In this document: positions 21,200 through 30,776 of the stretch, in pieces
How positions within the stretch are numbered: position 1 is the first letter of the stretch
Layout of the letters: every line of letters begins with the position of its first letter
NCBI GenBank assembly: GCA_963790025.1
Contig: CAWBMP010000002.1
Location: 448,001 to 512,000 of the forward strand
Origin: Nitrospirota bacterium
GTDB taxonomy: Bacteria > Nitrospirota > Thermodesulfovibrionia > Thermodesulfovibrionales > Dissulfurispiraceae
DNA: 64,000 nucleotides
Direction of reading: 5' to 3'
The notes under the pieces: model-generated
Told to the model about the DNA's origin: nothing
The model's database searches: none
What the model saw: the letters and a program-made list of their open reading frames with translations, nothing else
Position numbers and translations under genes: made by a program

Positions 21200-22708
21200 T
21201 TAGAAGTTGAGGATGATGCCTTCCCTTACTGTGTAAGCATCTTTCGGGCTGGTTCCTGTTCCAACTGCGTGTAATGCCTGCCAGAAGTTTCCTGCCCAGA
21301 GGTAACCGCCCTCGACATAGAGCTTCAGGCCCTTGTCGATCATGTAGCTGATTGTAGCGTCAGCCTCTGTACCGATGTTCCTGCTGTTGGTAGCGCCACC
21401 TTCACTACCGATAGTGTAGTTAAGGCCAGTCGTTCCCTTAACAGTCTTGATATCGTGTGCAGCCTGCAGCTCCATGACCGCTACGTCAACATTCACGTCC
21501 TTCGTCACATCCGCATTACCATCGAGTTTCAGATACATGACGTTTTCAAGACCGCCGTATTGCGCACCGGCTGCATTGACCGTCCGGTAATCATACACAT
21601 AAGAAAAGTGTGGTACCGGGCCCTGGAAGGTTATGAAGGTCCCGTCTTTGTTGTTACTACTGCCGTCATTACCACTGCCATAGGCTGCTTCAAGAGTAAG
21701 CTTAACCGGGTTAAGTTTATAGCCTACGGCTGCTTTTGCGGCATAACCGCGGAAATTTTCATTGCCTGTACCGCCGAGTAAATTATGACCGCCGGAGATA
21801 CCAGTTATCTCTTCCGTCCCTGTCTGCACTTCTCCGTCTACCATCATTGTGAAACCAGAAATGGCGGTATTGGCATGGAGCCCGAAGTTCCACAGATGTA
21901 CATCGGGATCCAAAGTTGCACTTTGAGAGGCAGTTTCGCCCACATTCTGGACGTCGAGATAGGTTGCGTCAAAAGCAATGGCCGTATCCTTACTGGGTTT
22001 ATACTGTGCTATAAATGCATATCCATTGGTCGAATCGCTCAGATTAGTCGACTGATCTCTGAGCTTGAGGTAAACAGCATCAAGTTCGAGTTCCTTGACA
22101 GGGTTTACAAAGGCAACGATACCATCATCGCCGTAATACGAGTGGTCAAGGAATATGCCGTTAGGCAGTATTATGGGCTGATGACCAATCTTGAATCCTG
22201 CATTGACGCCGAGAAGACCGGTGCCCTGGTGCAGTATCCAGGCATTAAGAATGGAGAATCCAGGTTTTAAATTGTTGCCGACCTGGGCTATGGCTGGATA
22301 GCCCTTTGACAGGGTCCTTGGATCCTGAATAACGCCAGTAGCAGAACCCGGCGCCCCAGTAGCAGTGTCGTTGTTTGGAGCACCCCAAACCACACTATCC
22401 GGCGCACCAGTATCTCCTGTGTCGGTCTCAAGCTGAATGAAGCCGGTGGTGTTCGGAGTCACTTTGGCTTCAACGCCGAGTCTCACACGCTGATCAAAAA
22501 AATTGACATCAGGTGCGTTATTGGTAAAAGCCACGTGTCTGAAGTCATATCTTACCCTGATTTCACCGCTCAGCGTGATCGAAGCGGTGCCTTTAGCTAC
22601 TGCAGGTGTTGAGTCATCCGAGGGGATGTCGAGATGAATAGCAAAAGCACTGGCGGCAAAGCCCAGGACAAGCAGCATGCCTAAGAAAATCGCTAGAATT
22701 TTTTTCAC
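21200..22708 (-). CDS. Outer-membrane beta-barrel porin (OmpJ / alginate-export-like)
   Basis: Signal peptide ending ASAFA; ITLSGEIRVR and DQRVRLGVEAKV strands; C-terminal Phe; own terminator. Confidence 0.8.
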   Translation of the reverse strand: MKKILAIFLGMLLVLGFAASAFAIHLDIPSDDSTPAVAKGTASITLSGEIRVRYDFRHVAFTNNAPDVNFFDQRVRLGVEAKVTPNTTGFIQLETDTGDTGAPDSVVWGAPNNDTATGAPGSATGVIQDPRTLSKGYPAIAQVGNNLKPGFSILNAWILHQGTGLLGVNAGFKIGHQPIILPNGIFLDHSYYGDDGIVAFVNPVKELELDAVYLKLRDQSTNLSDSTNGYAFIAQYKPSKDTAIAFDATYLDVQNVGETASQSATLDPDVHLWNFGLHANTAISGFTMMVDGEVQTGTEEITGISGGHNLLGGTGNENFRGYAAKAAVGYKLNPVKLTLEAAYGSGNDGSSNNKDGTFITFQGPVPHFSYVYDYRTVNAAGAQYGGLENVMYLKLDGNADVTKDVNVDVAVMELQAAHDIKTVKGTTGLNYTIGSEGGATNSRNIGTEADATISYMIDKGLKLYVEGGYLWAGNFWQALHAVGTGTSPKDAYTVREGIILNF

Positions 22709-22819
22709 TTCCTAACCTCCTCAGGTTAGTTCAGTATATCCGCCAAAGGCGGATTTGCTTCTTACTGCCTATTTCTTAGTCTCTACTTTTTTTATCAACC
22801 CCCTTTTCTGTCTTGGATT

Positions 22820-22841
22820 TTGTTTCCGTATACGGAAACAA
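22820..22841. promoter_or_regulatory. 22-bp perfect palindrome in the porin leader (possible operator)
   Basis: TTGTTTCCGTA/TACGGAAACAA. Confidence 0.5.
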
Positions 22842-23031
22842 GCTTTATAAAACTATACACAACAATTAATTTAAAAACAAAAACTACCATATTGTATATA
22901 TTTCACTATAAATAATCAAGTGATAATTTAGTATCTGTCAAGCCGGACAAAAACAAAATACCGGTTTATGGACAGACACTACCGGGCATATCAACGAACG
23001 CAACAATTCTAATCTATTATATATTACAAAA

Positions 23032-23048
23032 AGCAACAATCATGCCAA
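23032..23048 (-). promoter_or_regulatory. Sigma-54 (-24/-12) promoter facing the porin gene
   Basis: Minus strand TTGGCATGATTGTTGCT fits TGGCACG-N4-TTGCW; an AATGTG-N10-CACATT dyad lies at 23098-23119. Confidence 0.7.
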
Positions 23049-23309
23049 CTGTAAGTGCCTAAATTAAAGACAAAAAAAGGATAGCTATTTATGCTACAAT
23101 GTGTCCATTATGCCACATTATGTGAAATAATAATACATTATTGTTATATTTATTAAAAATGGCGATGGGCAATAGGCTATGGACTATTCGAAAAGTTCCC
23201 ATCATTAGTCACCTTGTAAATATACACTGCTATATTTTTAGATTTTTGCCATACTTTAAGCTCTTTGAATCCTTCTTTCCCATAGCCTATCGCCTATTGC
23301 CTTGCCTTT

Positions 23310-23885
23310 TTATCGCCTATCGCGTATCACCTTCAGTATCTCTTTAAAACAGGCTGCAGAACGGATATTGTTATATGTAGCGGATGTTTTAATATATCCC
23401 CAGTTGTTATACCCCTTGTCAATGGCCTTTTTCAGCCACTTGCATGCCTCGAAGTCATTGCTGTTAGCAGCATAAAACTCTGCCATACTGTTCAACGCAT
23501 ATATATTGTTCGGGTTGAGCTCAATAGATTTCTTAATGTCACTCAAGGCTTCTTCAAATTTTTGCATTAGCATGAAAACAAAGCCCCTGTTATTATAGGC
23601 CATGCCGTTTTCCGGATTCAGTGCAATAGCCTTATCATAGTCTGAGATGGCATAATCGTAATTGCCTGTCTTATGATATGTATTGCCCCGGTTGATGTAG
23701 CAAATAGCAAAAGAGGGATTAAGTTCGAGGGCCCTGCCGTAATCGGTGATTGCAAAATCATAATCGCCCCGCTGCTGGTATGCATTTCCGCGATTATTGT
23801 ACGCCCTGTAATCCGCCGGGTTAGATTCGATGATCTTGCTGTACTGGGCTATTACATAGTCACTTTTTTCTTTTTTTTTGCTCAC
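23310..23885 (-). CDS. Tetratricopeptide repeat protein
   Basis: Repeated AYNNRG...AI.DY.KA.ELNP units; GTG at 23885 with GGAG SD preferred, because the longer N-terminus is translated hexamer repeat. Confidence 0.85.
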   Translation of the reverse strand: MSKKKEKSDYVIAQYSKIIESNPADYRAYNNRGNAYQQRGDYDFAITDYGRALELNPSFAICYINRGNTYHKTGNYDYAISDYDKAIALNPENGMAYNNRGFVFMLMQKFEEALSDIKKSIELNPNNIYALNSMAEFYAANSNDFEACKWLKKAIDKGYNNWGYIKTSATYNNIRSAACFKEILKVIRDRR

Positions 23886-23978
23886 AAACTCTCCAAAGAA
23901 ACAGGTAGAGGTAAATGCAGAGGCAGAGATAAAGACACAAGACTTCACCTTTACCTATGCCTTTACCTGTCGTTTATA

Positions 23979-24053
23979 TGGTAGGCGATGTAGGGATTGA
24001 ACCTACGACCTCTTCCGTGTGAAGGAAGCGCTCTCCCACTGAGCTAATCGCCC
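23979..24053 (-). tRNA. tRNA-Val(CAC)
   Basis: Reverse complement GGGCGAT...CTTCC-TTCACAC-GGAAG...ATCGCCTACCA. Confidence 0.95.
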
Positions 24054-24194
24054 TTTCTGCCTGAAAAGATACCATTTTCTCCCCCCTACCGTCAAATAGA
24101 GCTAAATGCTAGACGAACTTCAATTACTGAGGAACTGTCAAGAGGGTGTTACCCGAGACGGCATCGAAGAAGTTTCATTGTGTATAATACAAAA

Positions 24195-25340
24195 ATGAAG
24201 GCGAAGTGCGCTGACGGTCCGGAGCAAGCCCAATCCTTAAGACACTTTCATTGGCTGGATTCAATTCGTTTTATTGCGGCATTGCTGGTGCTGGTGGGGC
24301 ATGCTCGTTATGAGACTTTTGTTGAATTCGGCGCATTGTCGGCGGCCGATAAGACCCTTTACACAGGGATTGCATATGAATTCAGCAGGCTTGGAGATGA
24401 AGGCCTGGCAATGTTCTTTGTTCTGAGCGGGTTTCTGGTTGGGGGACGTGCTCTTGAGAGAATTGCATCAGGCTCATTTCGACCTGTTGATTTCACGATA
24501 GATAGGTTGGTAAGGATAATGCTGCCTCTTATCCCTGCTCTGGTTTTAACCGCTATTGTTCAGTTAGTGAGGAGTCAAAGTATCAATGTAATGCACTTAT
24601 TGGGTAATTTAATCGGGTTGCAGGGTGTCCTTGTTCCTCCATGTTCACAGAATGAGCCATTATGGACATTATCATACGAATTATGGTTTTACGTCCTTAC
24701 ATGGATTGTCGGTGTCATGGCTATAAACAGACATCATCTGCAGGCAGGCATTATGTTGATTATATTAGCCCTTGTTTTTACCTCTCTAAAATGCGTTTTT
24801 CTGTTTTGTTGGCTGATTGGGGTCTTTTTCTACATTTGCAGGCCGACTAAACATTCCCCGGGCATGATGCTGTGTTCAGTCGGTTTATGCTTATTCAGTA
24901 TTGCTGTCCATCAAATTGCGGAAGATTCTGCCTCGATTTCATTAAGTATAAAGCATTACATGCCATCCCTTGATGCTTCAAGGATTATTCTGTCAGCCAG
25001 TTTGGCGTTTCTTATGCAACAGCTGGTTATTGCTCCTCCAAAGAAAAAGGTGTTGACGAGATTTGATCAAATAGGTACCAGGCTGGCTGCATCATCCTAT
25101 TCCCTTTACATTACCCATTATCCGGTACTCCATCTAATGGTTTATCTTGGGCTGAAAAGGGCCAGCCATGTTAATTTAACAACGATAAGCATATTTTTTG
25201 CTGTCGTGTTATTTTGTTATTTGGTTTCCTGGTTCTTTTACCAGTTTTTTGAGAAGCACACGAATATTGTCAGAAAATTAATAAAGAACGGCGTTAATTC
25301 CTTTATTCAATCTGTTCCGCCTGCTTCAATGAGTTCATGA
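24195..25340 (+). CDS. Acyltransferase family 3 (OafA-like membrane O-acyltransferase)
   Basis: LDSIRFIAALLVLVGH, FFVLSGFLV, LWTLSYELWFY and SYSLYITHYP motifs; start could be 24180. Confidence 0.9.
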   Translation: MKAKCADGPEQAQSLRHFHWLDSIRFIAALLVLVGHARYETFVEFGALSAADKTLYTGIAYEFSRLGDEGLAMFFVLSGFLVGGRALERIASGSFRPVDFTIDRLVRIMLPLIPALVLTAIVQLVRSQSINVMHLLGNLIGLQGVLVPPCSQNEPLWTLSYELWFYVLTWIVGVMAINRHHLQAGIMLIILALVFTSLKCVFLFCWLIGVFFYICRPTKHSPGMMLCSVGLCLFSIAVHQIAEDSASISLSIKHYMPSLDASRIILSASLAFLMQQLVIAPPKKKVLTRFDQIGTRLAASSYSLYITHYPVLHLMVYLGLKRASHVNLTTISIFFAVVLFCYLVSWFFYQFFEKHTNIVRKLIKNGVNSFIQSVPPASMSS

Positions 25341-25573
25341 GCCCATGCAATTCCCGCCGCCTGCAGCCTGATAACAAAACCATCGATGCCGCCCAGTTTT
25401 CGTGAATCATCCGGTTTATGTCGGCCAGCACCCTTTCAAATATCTGGGGCATAGAATTCTTCTTGCTGAACATGCTGAATAGATAGTGTCAAACATTCAT
25501 GGCTTCCAGTTTTATCAGGGGAAAGCTGTAGAGTCAGTTTTTTTATTTTATGGATAATTGGGCCCACCTAAAG

Positions 25574-26686
25574 TCATATTTTGTATTTTTGTTCAAAGCT
25601 GAAAGAGATAAAATTAAAGAAACGGTGAAGAATGAACGCAAGTGCGACAACTGACAAAATATAAATATATACACTATAACTTTGCTTAATGCCGGCGAGG
25701 GAAAAATAAAGATGATACACTTTCATGTGGATTAAATACATTTCAAGTGATAGTGCACCAATAAATCCAAAAACCTTTGAAGAAACAGACAATTTAAAAA
25801 AGATAATAAGTATCATAATCACGGATAGCATTAGTTTCAATATAGGAAACAATCCATATCCCCATAAATGTAATCTATACAAGACAAAATATGAACCAGA
25901 CACCAATAAAGCGGTGATGGCATAATGTTCAGAGAATAATTTGATTGCTTGTTCCCTGTACATTCCGAAAAAAATCCCCAGAGGGAAGCAAAAGCACGAC
26001 TCATACCACCAACTACCTTTACCAATTTCCTGACATATCACCATATAAACTGTAACAAGTAACACGATTATTAGAGGTGCTTTTTTTATCGCAAAATAAC
26101 GAAATGAACCCCAGAAGAAAAGGTAGAACAAAACAATTGTTATAATAAACCACTGAGTAGTGTCTATCTGTAAATTGATGCCAAGGGCAGATGCAAATAT
26201 GTATGCAAGTGGATAATATTTATGGCAAAAAAAATTCAATGCTAACACTGTAATACTATTTATGATTACAAATGGCAAATAGACTCTTAAAATTCTTTTA
26301 ATTAAAAAGCCTTGGAGATAATTCTGATTCTTCATGAGAGATACGGTGATTCCGTAAGCCGACAAGAAGAAAAAGATGCTAACTGCGTGTCCTCCAACCG
26401 GAATAAAAATGTTCATTAAGGCTGGCTGCTGCATTTGTAGAGCAATATGACTGATTATCACAACCAGAATAAACAGCCCTCTGTATTGATTTGTTGACTG
26501 TGGCGATAGAAAACTAGTATTAAATGTTTTAACATATATCTTAGCTCCATACAGAAATACTAATGGAATCAGAACAAATACAAGTAAGTATAAATATGAA
26601 TTATTGATAAACTGAAGTTTGCCCACAGTTATTAATTCTCCCTCCTTAGACCTCACATGTGAGATTATCTCCACCTGTGAATACAA
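25574..26686 (-). CDS. Acyltransferase family 3 protein, AT-rich
   Basis: RGLFILVVIISH, FFFLSAYG, KRILRVY and SLEMYLIH motifs with many TM segments; start uncertain. Confidence 0.85.
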   Translation of the reverse strand: MYSQVEIISHVRSKEGELITVGKLQFINNSYLYLLVFVLIPLVFLYGAKIYVKTFNTSFLSPQSTNQYRGLFILVVIISHIALQMQQPALMNIFIPVGGHAVSIFFFLSAYGITVSLMKNQNYLQGFLIKRILRVYLPFVIINSITVLALNFFCHKYYPLAYIFASALGINLQIDTTQWFIITIVLFYLFFWGSFRYFAIKKAPLIIVLLVTVYMVICQEIGKGSWWYESCFCFPLGIFFGMYREQAIKLFSEHYAITALLVSGSYFVLYRLHLWGYGLFPILKLMLSVIMILIIFFKLSVSSKVFGFIGALSLEMYLIHMKVYHLYFSLAGIKQSYSVYIYILSVVALAFILHRFFNFISFSFEQKYKI

Positions 26687-26889
26687 AAAGCAAGAAAAAA
26701 AACAGCTGCAATCAATATTTTCTTGACACTTTTTTTGTCCTAAAGGATGGTCAAATGCAGGAGCGGACTCGTTGAACTGGCAGGCAAGGGCAACGTACTA
26801 TTATTATTCCTGATTCTTGTTCTCATTAACCATTTAACCATTGACCTTTAACCTTTAACCTGATTCATATGATATGATTAACTGGATAT

Positions 26890-28083
26890 ATGGAATTACT
26901 CGATTTCTCTCACATTTCGAAAACTTGTGGATACCTATCACAATATATCCATAAAACTCCGCTGGTCTACTCCAATTCATTCAGTGAAATGTTCGGTGCG
27001 GAGATATACCTTAAATCCGAGAACCTTCAAAAAACAGGCTCTTTCAAGGTCCGGGGGGCATTCAGCAAACTGTCCGGCCTGAATCCTGAAACAAGGGTCA
27101 TTGCTGCTTCGATGGGCAACCACGCTCAGGGGGTAGCATTTGCAGCCAGGCGCCTCGGCATGAAGGCGACAATTATTATGCCATTGCAGGCTTCCCTGAT
27201 AAAGCAGGAGGCGACAAAAGGGTACGGTGCGGAAGTTGTTTTATATGGTGAATCCTTTACAGACGCTCTCAATTATGCACTCTCGCTGAAACAGTATACG
27301 TTCATTCACGCTTTCGATGATGATGCGGTCATAGCCGGCCAGGGCACTGTAGGTATAGAGGTGCTGCATGATCTGCCCGATGCCGATGCCGTGGTTGTTC
27401 CGGTAGGGGGCGGCGGCCTCATTGCAGGTATGGCCATTGCCATAAAATCACTCTCACCCCGCACCGAAGTAATAGGTGTTCAGACTCTCTCTGCATCTTC
27501 TGCGTTCGAGTCATTCCACTCAGGAAAACTTATCGAAGTCCCGATTCAACCGACACTTGCAGATGGCATATCGGTGGGGAAAGTGGGGACCAGGACCTTT
27601 GGGATAATAAAAAAAAATGTCGATGACATGCTTAAGGTAACGGAGGAATCGATTGCCCGGGCAGTCCTCCTATGCATGGAACGGAAGAAGCTTGTAGTTG
27701 AAGGCGCCGGTGCAGTCCCGCTTGCTGCCCTGCTTGAGCACGGCGAACGTTTCAAAGGGAAGAAAATAGTCCTTATGATGAGCGGCGGCAATATCGACTT
27801 CACCGTTATCGACCGCATAATTCACAAAAGCCTCATTTCCAGCGGCAGAATCGGGGTGCTTAAGGTCATTGTCGATGACATGCCGGGCAGGCTTCATCAG
27901 CTGACAGGAATCATCGCCCGACACGGCGGCAATATTCTCAATGTCGTGCATGACAGGCTGGTTCAGGATATTCCTGTCGGGAAAACGCTTGTCATACTGA
28001 CACTTGAGGCAAGGGGTTTCGATCATATCAGAGAGATGACCACTGCAATCAGCGAGGCCGGGTTCAGCCTTTATTCCACATAG
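26890..28083 (+). CDS. ilvA: Threonine ammonia-lyase with C-terminal ACT domain
   Basis: ENLQKTGSFKVRGA PLP lysine, ASMGNHAQG, VPVGGGGL, SGGNID and an ACT domain. Confidence 0.93.
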   Translation: MELLDFSHISKTCGYLSQYIHKTPLVYSNSFSEMFGAEIYLKSENLQKTGSFKVRGAFSKLSGLNPETRVIAASMGNHAQGVAFAARRLGMKATIIMPLQASLIKQEATKGYGAEVVLYGESFTDALNYALSLKQYTFIHAFDDDAVIAGQGTVGIEVLHDLPDADAVVVPVGGGGLIAGMAIAIKSLSPRTEVIGVQTLSASSAFESFHSGKLIEVPIQPTLADGISVGKVGTRTFGIIKKNVDDMLKVTEESIARAVLLCMERKKLVVEGAGAVPLAALLEHGERFKGKKIVLMMSGGNIDFTVIDRIIHKSLISSGRIGVLKVIVDDMPGRLHQLTGIIARHGGNILNVVHDRLVQDIPVGKTLVILTLEARGFDHIREMTTAISEAGFSLYST

Positions 28084-28142
28084 ATAATTTTAAAATCACG
28101 AGTAACCGGACGCGAGGAAGAAACGTGGTTCAGCAACAAAAT

Positions 28143-28179
28143 AAAAAGATCGGGATAAGTATTAACTTATCCCGATCTT
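28143..28179 (-). terminator. 15-bp-stem hairpin terminator between ilvA and the Cys-repeat gene
   Basis: AAGATCGGGATAAGT-ATTA-ACTTATCCCGATCTT with a T-run on the minus strand. Confidence 0.8.
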
Positions 28180-28258
28180 CCCAAAAATCAAGCTGTTACC
28201 CGGAATATCCTTTCTTAGTTATAGATGTTGGAATTAATTCGTTTCTCTTACTATGACG

Positions 28259-28633
28259 TCATTTAACGGTTTCTTTGCTTTTGTCTTTACTGCCTGCTCC
28301 GCACTTGCAGTCCTTTCCGCAATGCCCGCACTTGCAGTTCTTGCCGTCTGCTCCGCACTTGCAGTCTTTTCCACAATGCTCACACTTGCAGCCCTTGCCG
28401 GCTGCTCCGCACTTGCAGTCCTTTCCGCAATGCCCGCACTTGCAGTTCTTGCCGTCTGCTCCGCACTTGCAGTCTTTTCCGCAATGCTCACACTTGCAGC
28501 CCTTGCTGTCTGTTCCCGATTTTAACTGTTTCGCATTGTCGTCAGCAGCGGATACATCCGTTAGTAAGGAAAAAGCACCTCCAAAAAAGAGCAGGCTTGC
28601 CATCAGGAAAATAACGCCCAATTTCTTTAACAT
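28259..28633 (-). CDS. Exported Cys-rich tandem-repeat (metallothionein-like) protein
   Basis: AGGAGG SD, then signal-like MLKKLGVIFLMASLLFFGGAFSLLTDVSA, then 4 x CKCxHCGKDCKCG (20 Cys, 4 His); downstream terminator. Confidence 0.8.
   Translation of the reverse strand: MLKKLGVIFLMASLLFFGGAFSLLTDVSAADDNAKQLKSGTDSKGCKCEHCGKDCKCGADGKNCKCGHCGKDCKCGAAGKGCKCEHCGKDCKCGADGKNCKCGHCGKDCKCGAGSKDKSKETVK
28294..28506. repeat. Intragenic tandem repeat: four 54-bp units in an A-B-A-B (108-bp) pattern with a 27-bp sub-period
   Basis: CACTTGCAG recurs every 27 bp; units 1 and 3, and units 2 and 4, are nearly identical. Confidence 0.9.
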
Positions 28634-28750
28634 TCCTTCCTCCTTGCATGTAATCATTTTTGTACTTGAATATTAGCATAATTCTGAGACCCACTACCAG
28701 ACCCACTACCGGATGTTGACAACACTTTTTATCTGTGTTAAATAAAAAGC

Positions 28751-29584
28751 ATGTGGGAATATACTAAAAAAGTTAAAGATTATTTCCTCCATCCGAAAAA
28801 TGTCGGAGAGATAGAAAACCCCGATGCAGTGGGAGAGGTGGGCAGCATCATATGCGGCGATGCCCTCAAACTCACGCTTAAGGTGGACAAAGATACCGGC
28901 AGGATTGTCGATGCCAAATTCCAGACCTTTGGTTGTGCTTCTGCGATAGCAAGTTCATCAGCGCTCACCGAACTGGTTAAAGGCAAGACGCTCGACGAGG
29001 CGCTCAAACTTTCCAACAAGGATATAGCGGATTTTCTAGGCGGCTTGCCCGACGAAAAAATGCACTGTTCTGTAATGGGAAAGGAAGCGCTCGAAGCGGC
29101 CATTGCCGACTACAGGGGTGAAGCCCCTGTCCGTGAAGCGGGAGAGAGGGTCGTCTGCAAGTGTTTTGACGTGACCGAGGATAAGATCAGGAAGGTAGCA
29201 ATGGAGAACCATCTTGCTACGGTTGAGGAGATTACCAATTACACAAAAGCGGGAGGCGGATGCGGCACCTGCACCCCCGATATAGAAGCTATCCTCAGGG
29301 ACATATGGGCGTTGAAACCTCTACCTGAGATGCCCAAAGAAACCAGGAAGCTGACCAATCTCCAGAGGATTGCGCTTATCCAGGACATTATCGAACGGGA
29401 AATACGGCCGCGACTGCAGGCGGACAACGGGGATATAGAGCTTATCGATGTCGATGGCCCAAAAGTAATCGTTGCCCTGCGGGCGATGTGTGTCGGATGC
29501 CCTATGGGCGGGGTTACCGTTAAGGGGATAGAGGAAAAATTACGGGAACTCGTCAGCAGTGATATTGCAGTGGAGGCCCGATAG
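28751..29584 (+). CDS. nifU: Fe-S cluster scaffold NifU (three domains)
   Basis: CGD, FGCASAIASSS and KMHCS (IscU domain); VCKCF...GGGCGTC (2Fe-2S domain); DNGDIEL...CVGC (Nfu domain). Confidence 0.95.
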   Translation: MWEYTKKVKDYFLHPKNVGEIENPDAVGEVGSIICGDALKLTLKVDKDTGRIVDAKFQTFGCASAIASSSALTELVKGKTLDEALKLSNKDIADFLGGLPDEKMHCSVMGKEALEAAIADYRGEAPVREAGERVVCKCFDVTEDKIRKVAMENHLATVEEITNYTKAGGGCGTCTPDIEAILRDIWALKPLPEMPKETRKLTNLQRIALIQDIIEREIRPRLQADNGDIELIDVDGPKVIVALRAMCVGCPMGGVTVKGIEEKLRELVSSDIAVEAR

Positions 29585-29588
29585 AAAA

Positions 29589-30773
29589 ATGACCACCATT
29601 TACCTCGACAATAACGCAACAACCGCCGTCGCCCCTGAAGTGCTGGAAACCATGCTTCCTTACTTCAAAGAGCTATACGGCAATGCATCCAGCATGCATA
29701 CCTTCGGAGGGCAGATCGGACCTGTTTTGAGAGCTGCGCGAGAAAAAGTCGCTGCGCTCATCGGCGCAGAGACCAATGAAATTATCTTCACAAGCTGCGG
29801 CACCGAAAGCGACAATACAGCAATAATGAGCGCACTCGAAATAAATCCTCACAGGAAACATATTATCACCACCAGGGTGGAACACCCGGCGGTATATAAT
29901 TTCTGCAAGCATCTTGCCCGCAAGGGTTGCCGCGTTACCTTTCTTCCTGTCGACAACATGGGCAGGCTTCAGATGGACGCCTTCTACAAGGCGCTTGACG
30001 ATGACACTGCCATCGTATCGATAATGTACGCCAACAATGAAACCGGCGTGATCTTTCCCATAGAGGAGATAGGGACAGCTCTCAGAGAGCGGGGCATTCT
30101 TTTTCACACAGATGCGGTCCAGGCGGCTGGTAAAGTCAACCTTGATATGAAAACGCTCCCGGTTGACATGCTTTCGCTTTCAGGACACAAACTGCATGCT
30201 CCTAAAGGCATCGGGGTGCTTTACGTACGAAAAGGGACCCGTTTTTGTCCTTATGTGATAGGAGGACATCAGGAACTCGGCAGAAGGGCCGGGACAGAAA
30301 ATGTCGCTTCGATTTTAGGTCTTGGCAGGGCCTGCGAGCTTGCTATGGAAAACCTTGAAACAGAAAGCACCTATTTGGGCAGGTTGAGAAACAAGCTTGA
30401 GAACTCTCTTCTGGCAACTTGTCCCGACGCAAGGGTCAACGGCGACACCACGCATCGCCTGCCGAATACAACAAACATAAGTTTTGAATTTGTCGAGGGA
30501 GAAGCGATTCTCCTGAGGCTTGACGAATACGGCATTTGTGCCTCATCAGGGTCTGCCTGCACTTCAGGTTCGCTCGAACCCAGTCATGTCCTGATAGCAA
30601 TGGGCGTCCCATTTACCGCGCTGCACGGGTCAATCAGGTTCTCACTCAGCCGCTACAGCAGCGAAGCGGAAATAGATAAAGTCATCGAGGTGCTCCCTCT
30701 CATCATAAAAGAACTGCGGATGCTCTCGCCCTACGGCAGGGGAAAATTGGCGTCCCGGGTATGCAAACCCTAA
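29589..30773 (+). CDS. nifS: Cysteine desulfurase NifS
   Basis: YLDNNATT, HTDAVQ, SGHKLHAPKG and SSGSACTS motifs. Confidence 0.95.
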   Translation: MTTIYLDNNATTAVAPEVLETMLPYFKELYGNASSMHTFGGQIGPVLRAAREKVAALIGAETNEIIFTSCGTESDNTAIMSALEINPHRKHIITTRVEHPAVYNFCKHLARKGCRVTFLPVDNMGRLQMDAFYKALDDDTAIVSIMYANNETGVIFPIEEIGTALRERGILFHTDAVQAAGKVNLDMKTLPVDMLSLSGHKLHAPKGIGVLYVRKGTRFCPYVIGGHQELGRRAGTENVASILGLGRACELAMENLETESTYLGRLRNKLENSLLATCPDARVNGDTTHRLPNTTNISFEFVEGEAILLRLDEYGICASSGSACTSGSLEPSHVLIAMGVPFTALHGSIRFSLSRYSSEAEIDKVIEVLPLIIKELRMLSPYGRGKLASRVCKP

Positions 30774-30776
30774 AGG

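Noticed and set aside
25303..25473. 56-codon minus-strand ORF (MFSKKNSMPQIFERVLADINRMIH...) between the acyltransferases
   Set aside because: Short, no recognisable motif, and overlaps the 3' end of the plus-strand gene; may be a gene fragment but cannot be supported
23979..26686. tRNA-Val-anchored genomic island
   Set aside because: The AT-rich genes lie on the 5' side of the tRNA; no integrase and no duplicated tRNA 3' end were seen
28259..28633. Multiheme cytochrome c interpretation of the Cys/His-rich exported protein
   Set aside because: The motif is C-x-C-x-H-C; no CXXCH is present
28234..28676. Alternative-frame repeat ORFs (28234-28491 minus, 28253-28525 plus, 28275-28676 plus) and a CRISPR-like reading of the repeat
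   Set aside because: These are by-products of an in-frame coding tandem repeat; there are no unique spacers or cas genes, and only the Cys frame has an SD, signal peptide and terminator
28751..30773. Nitrogen fixation cluster
   Set aside because: No nifH, nifD or nifK in the window; stand-alone NifUS commonly serves housekeeping Fe-S assembly in anaerobes
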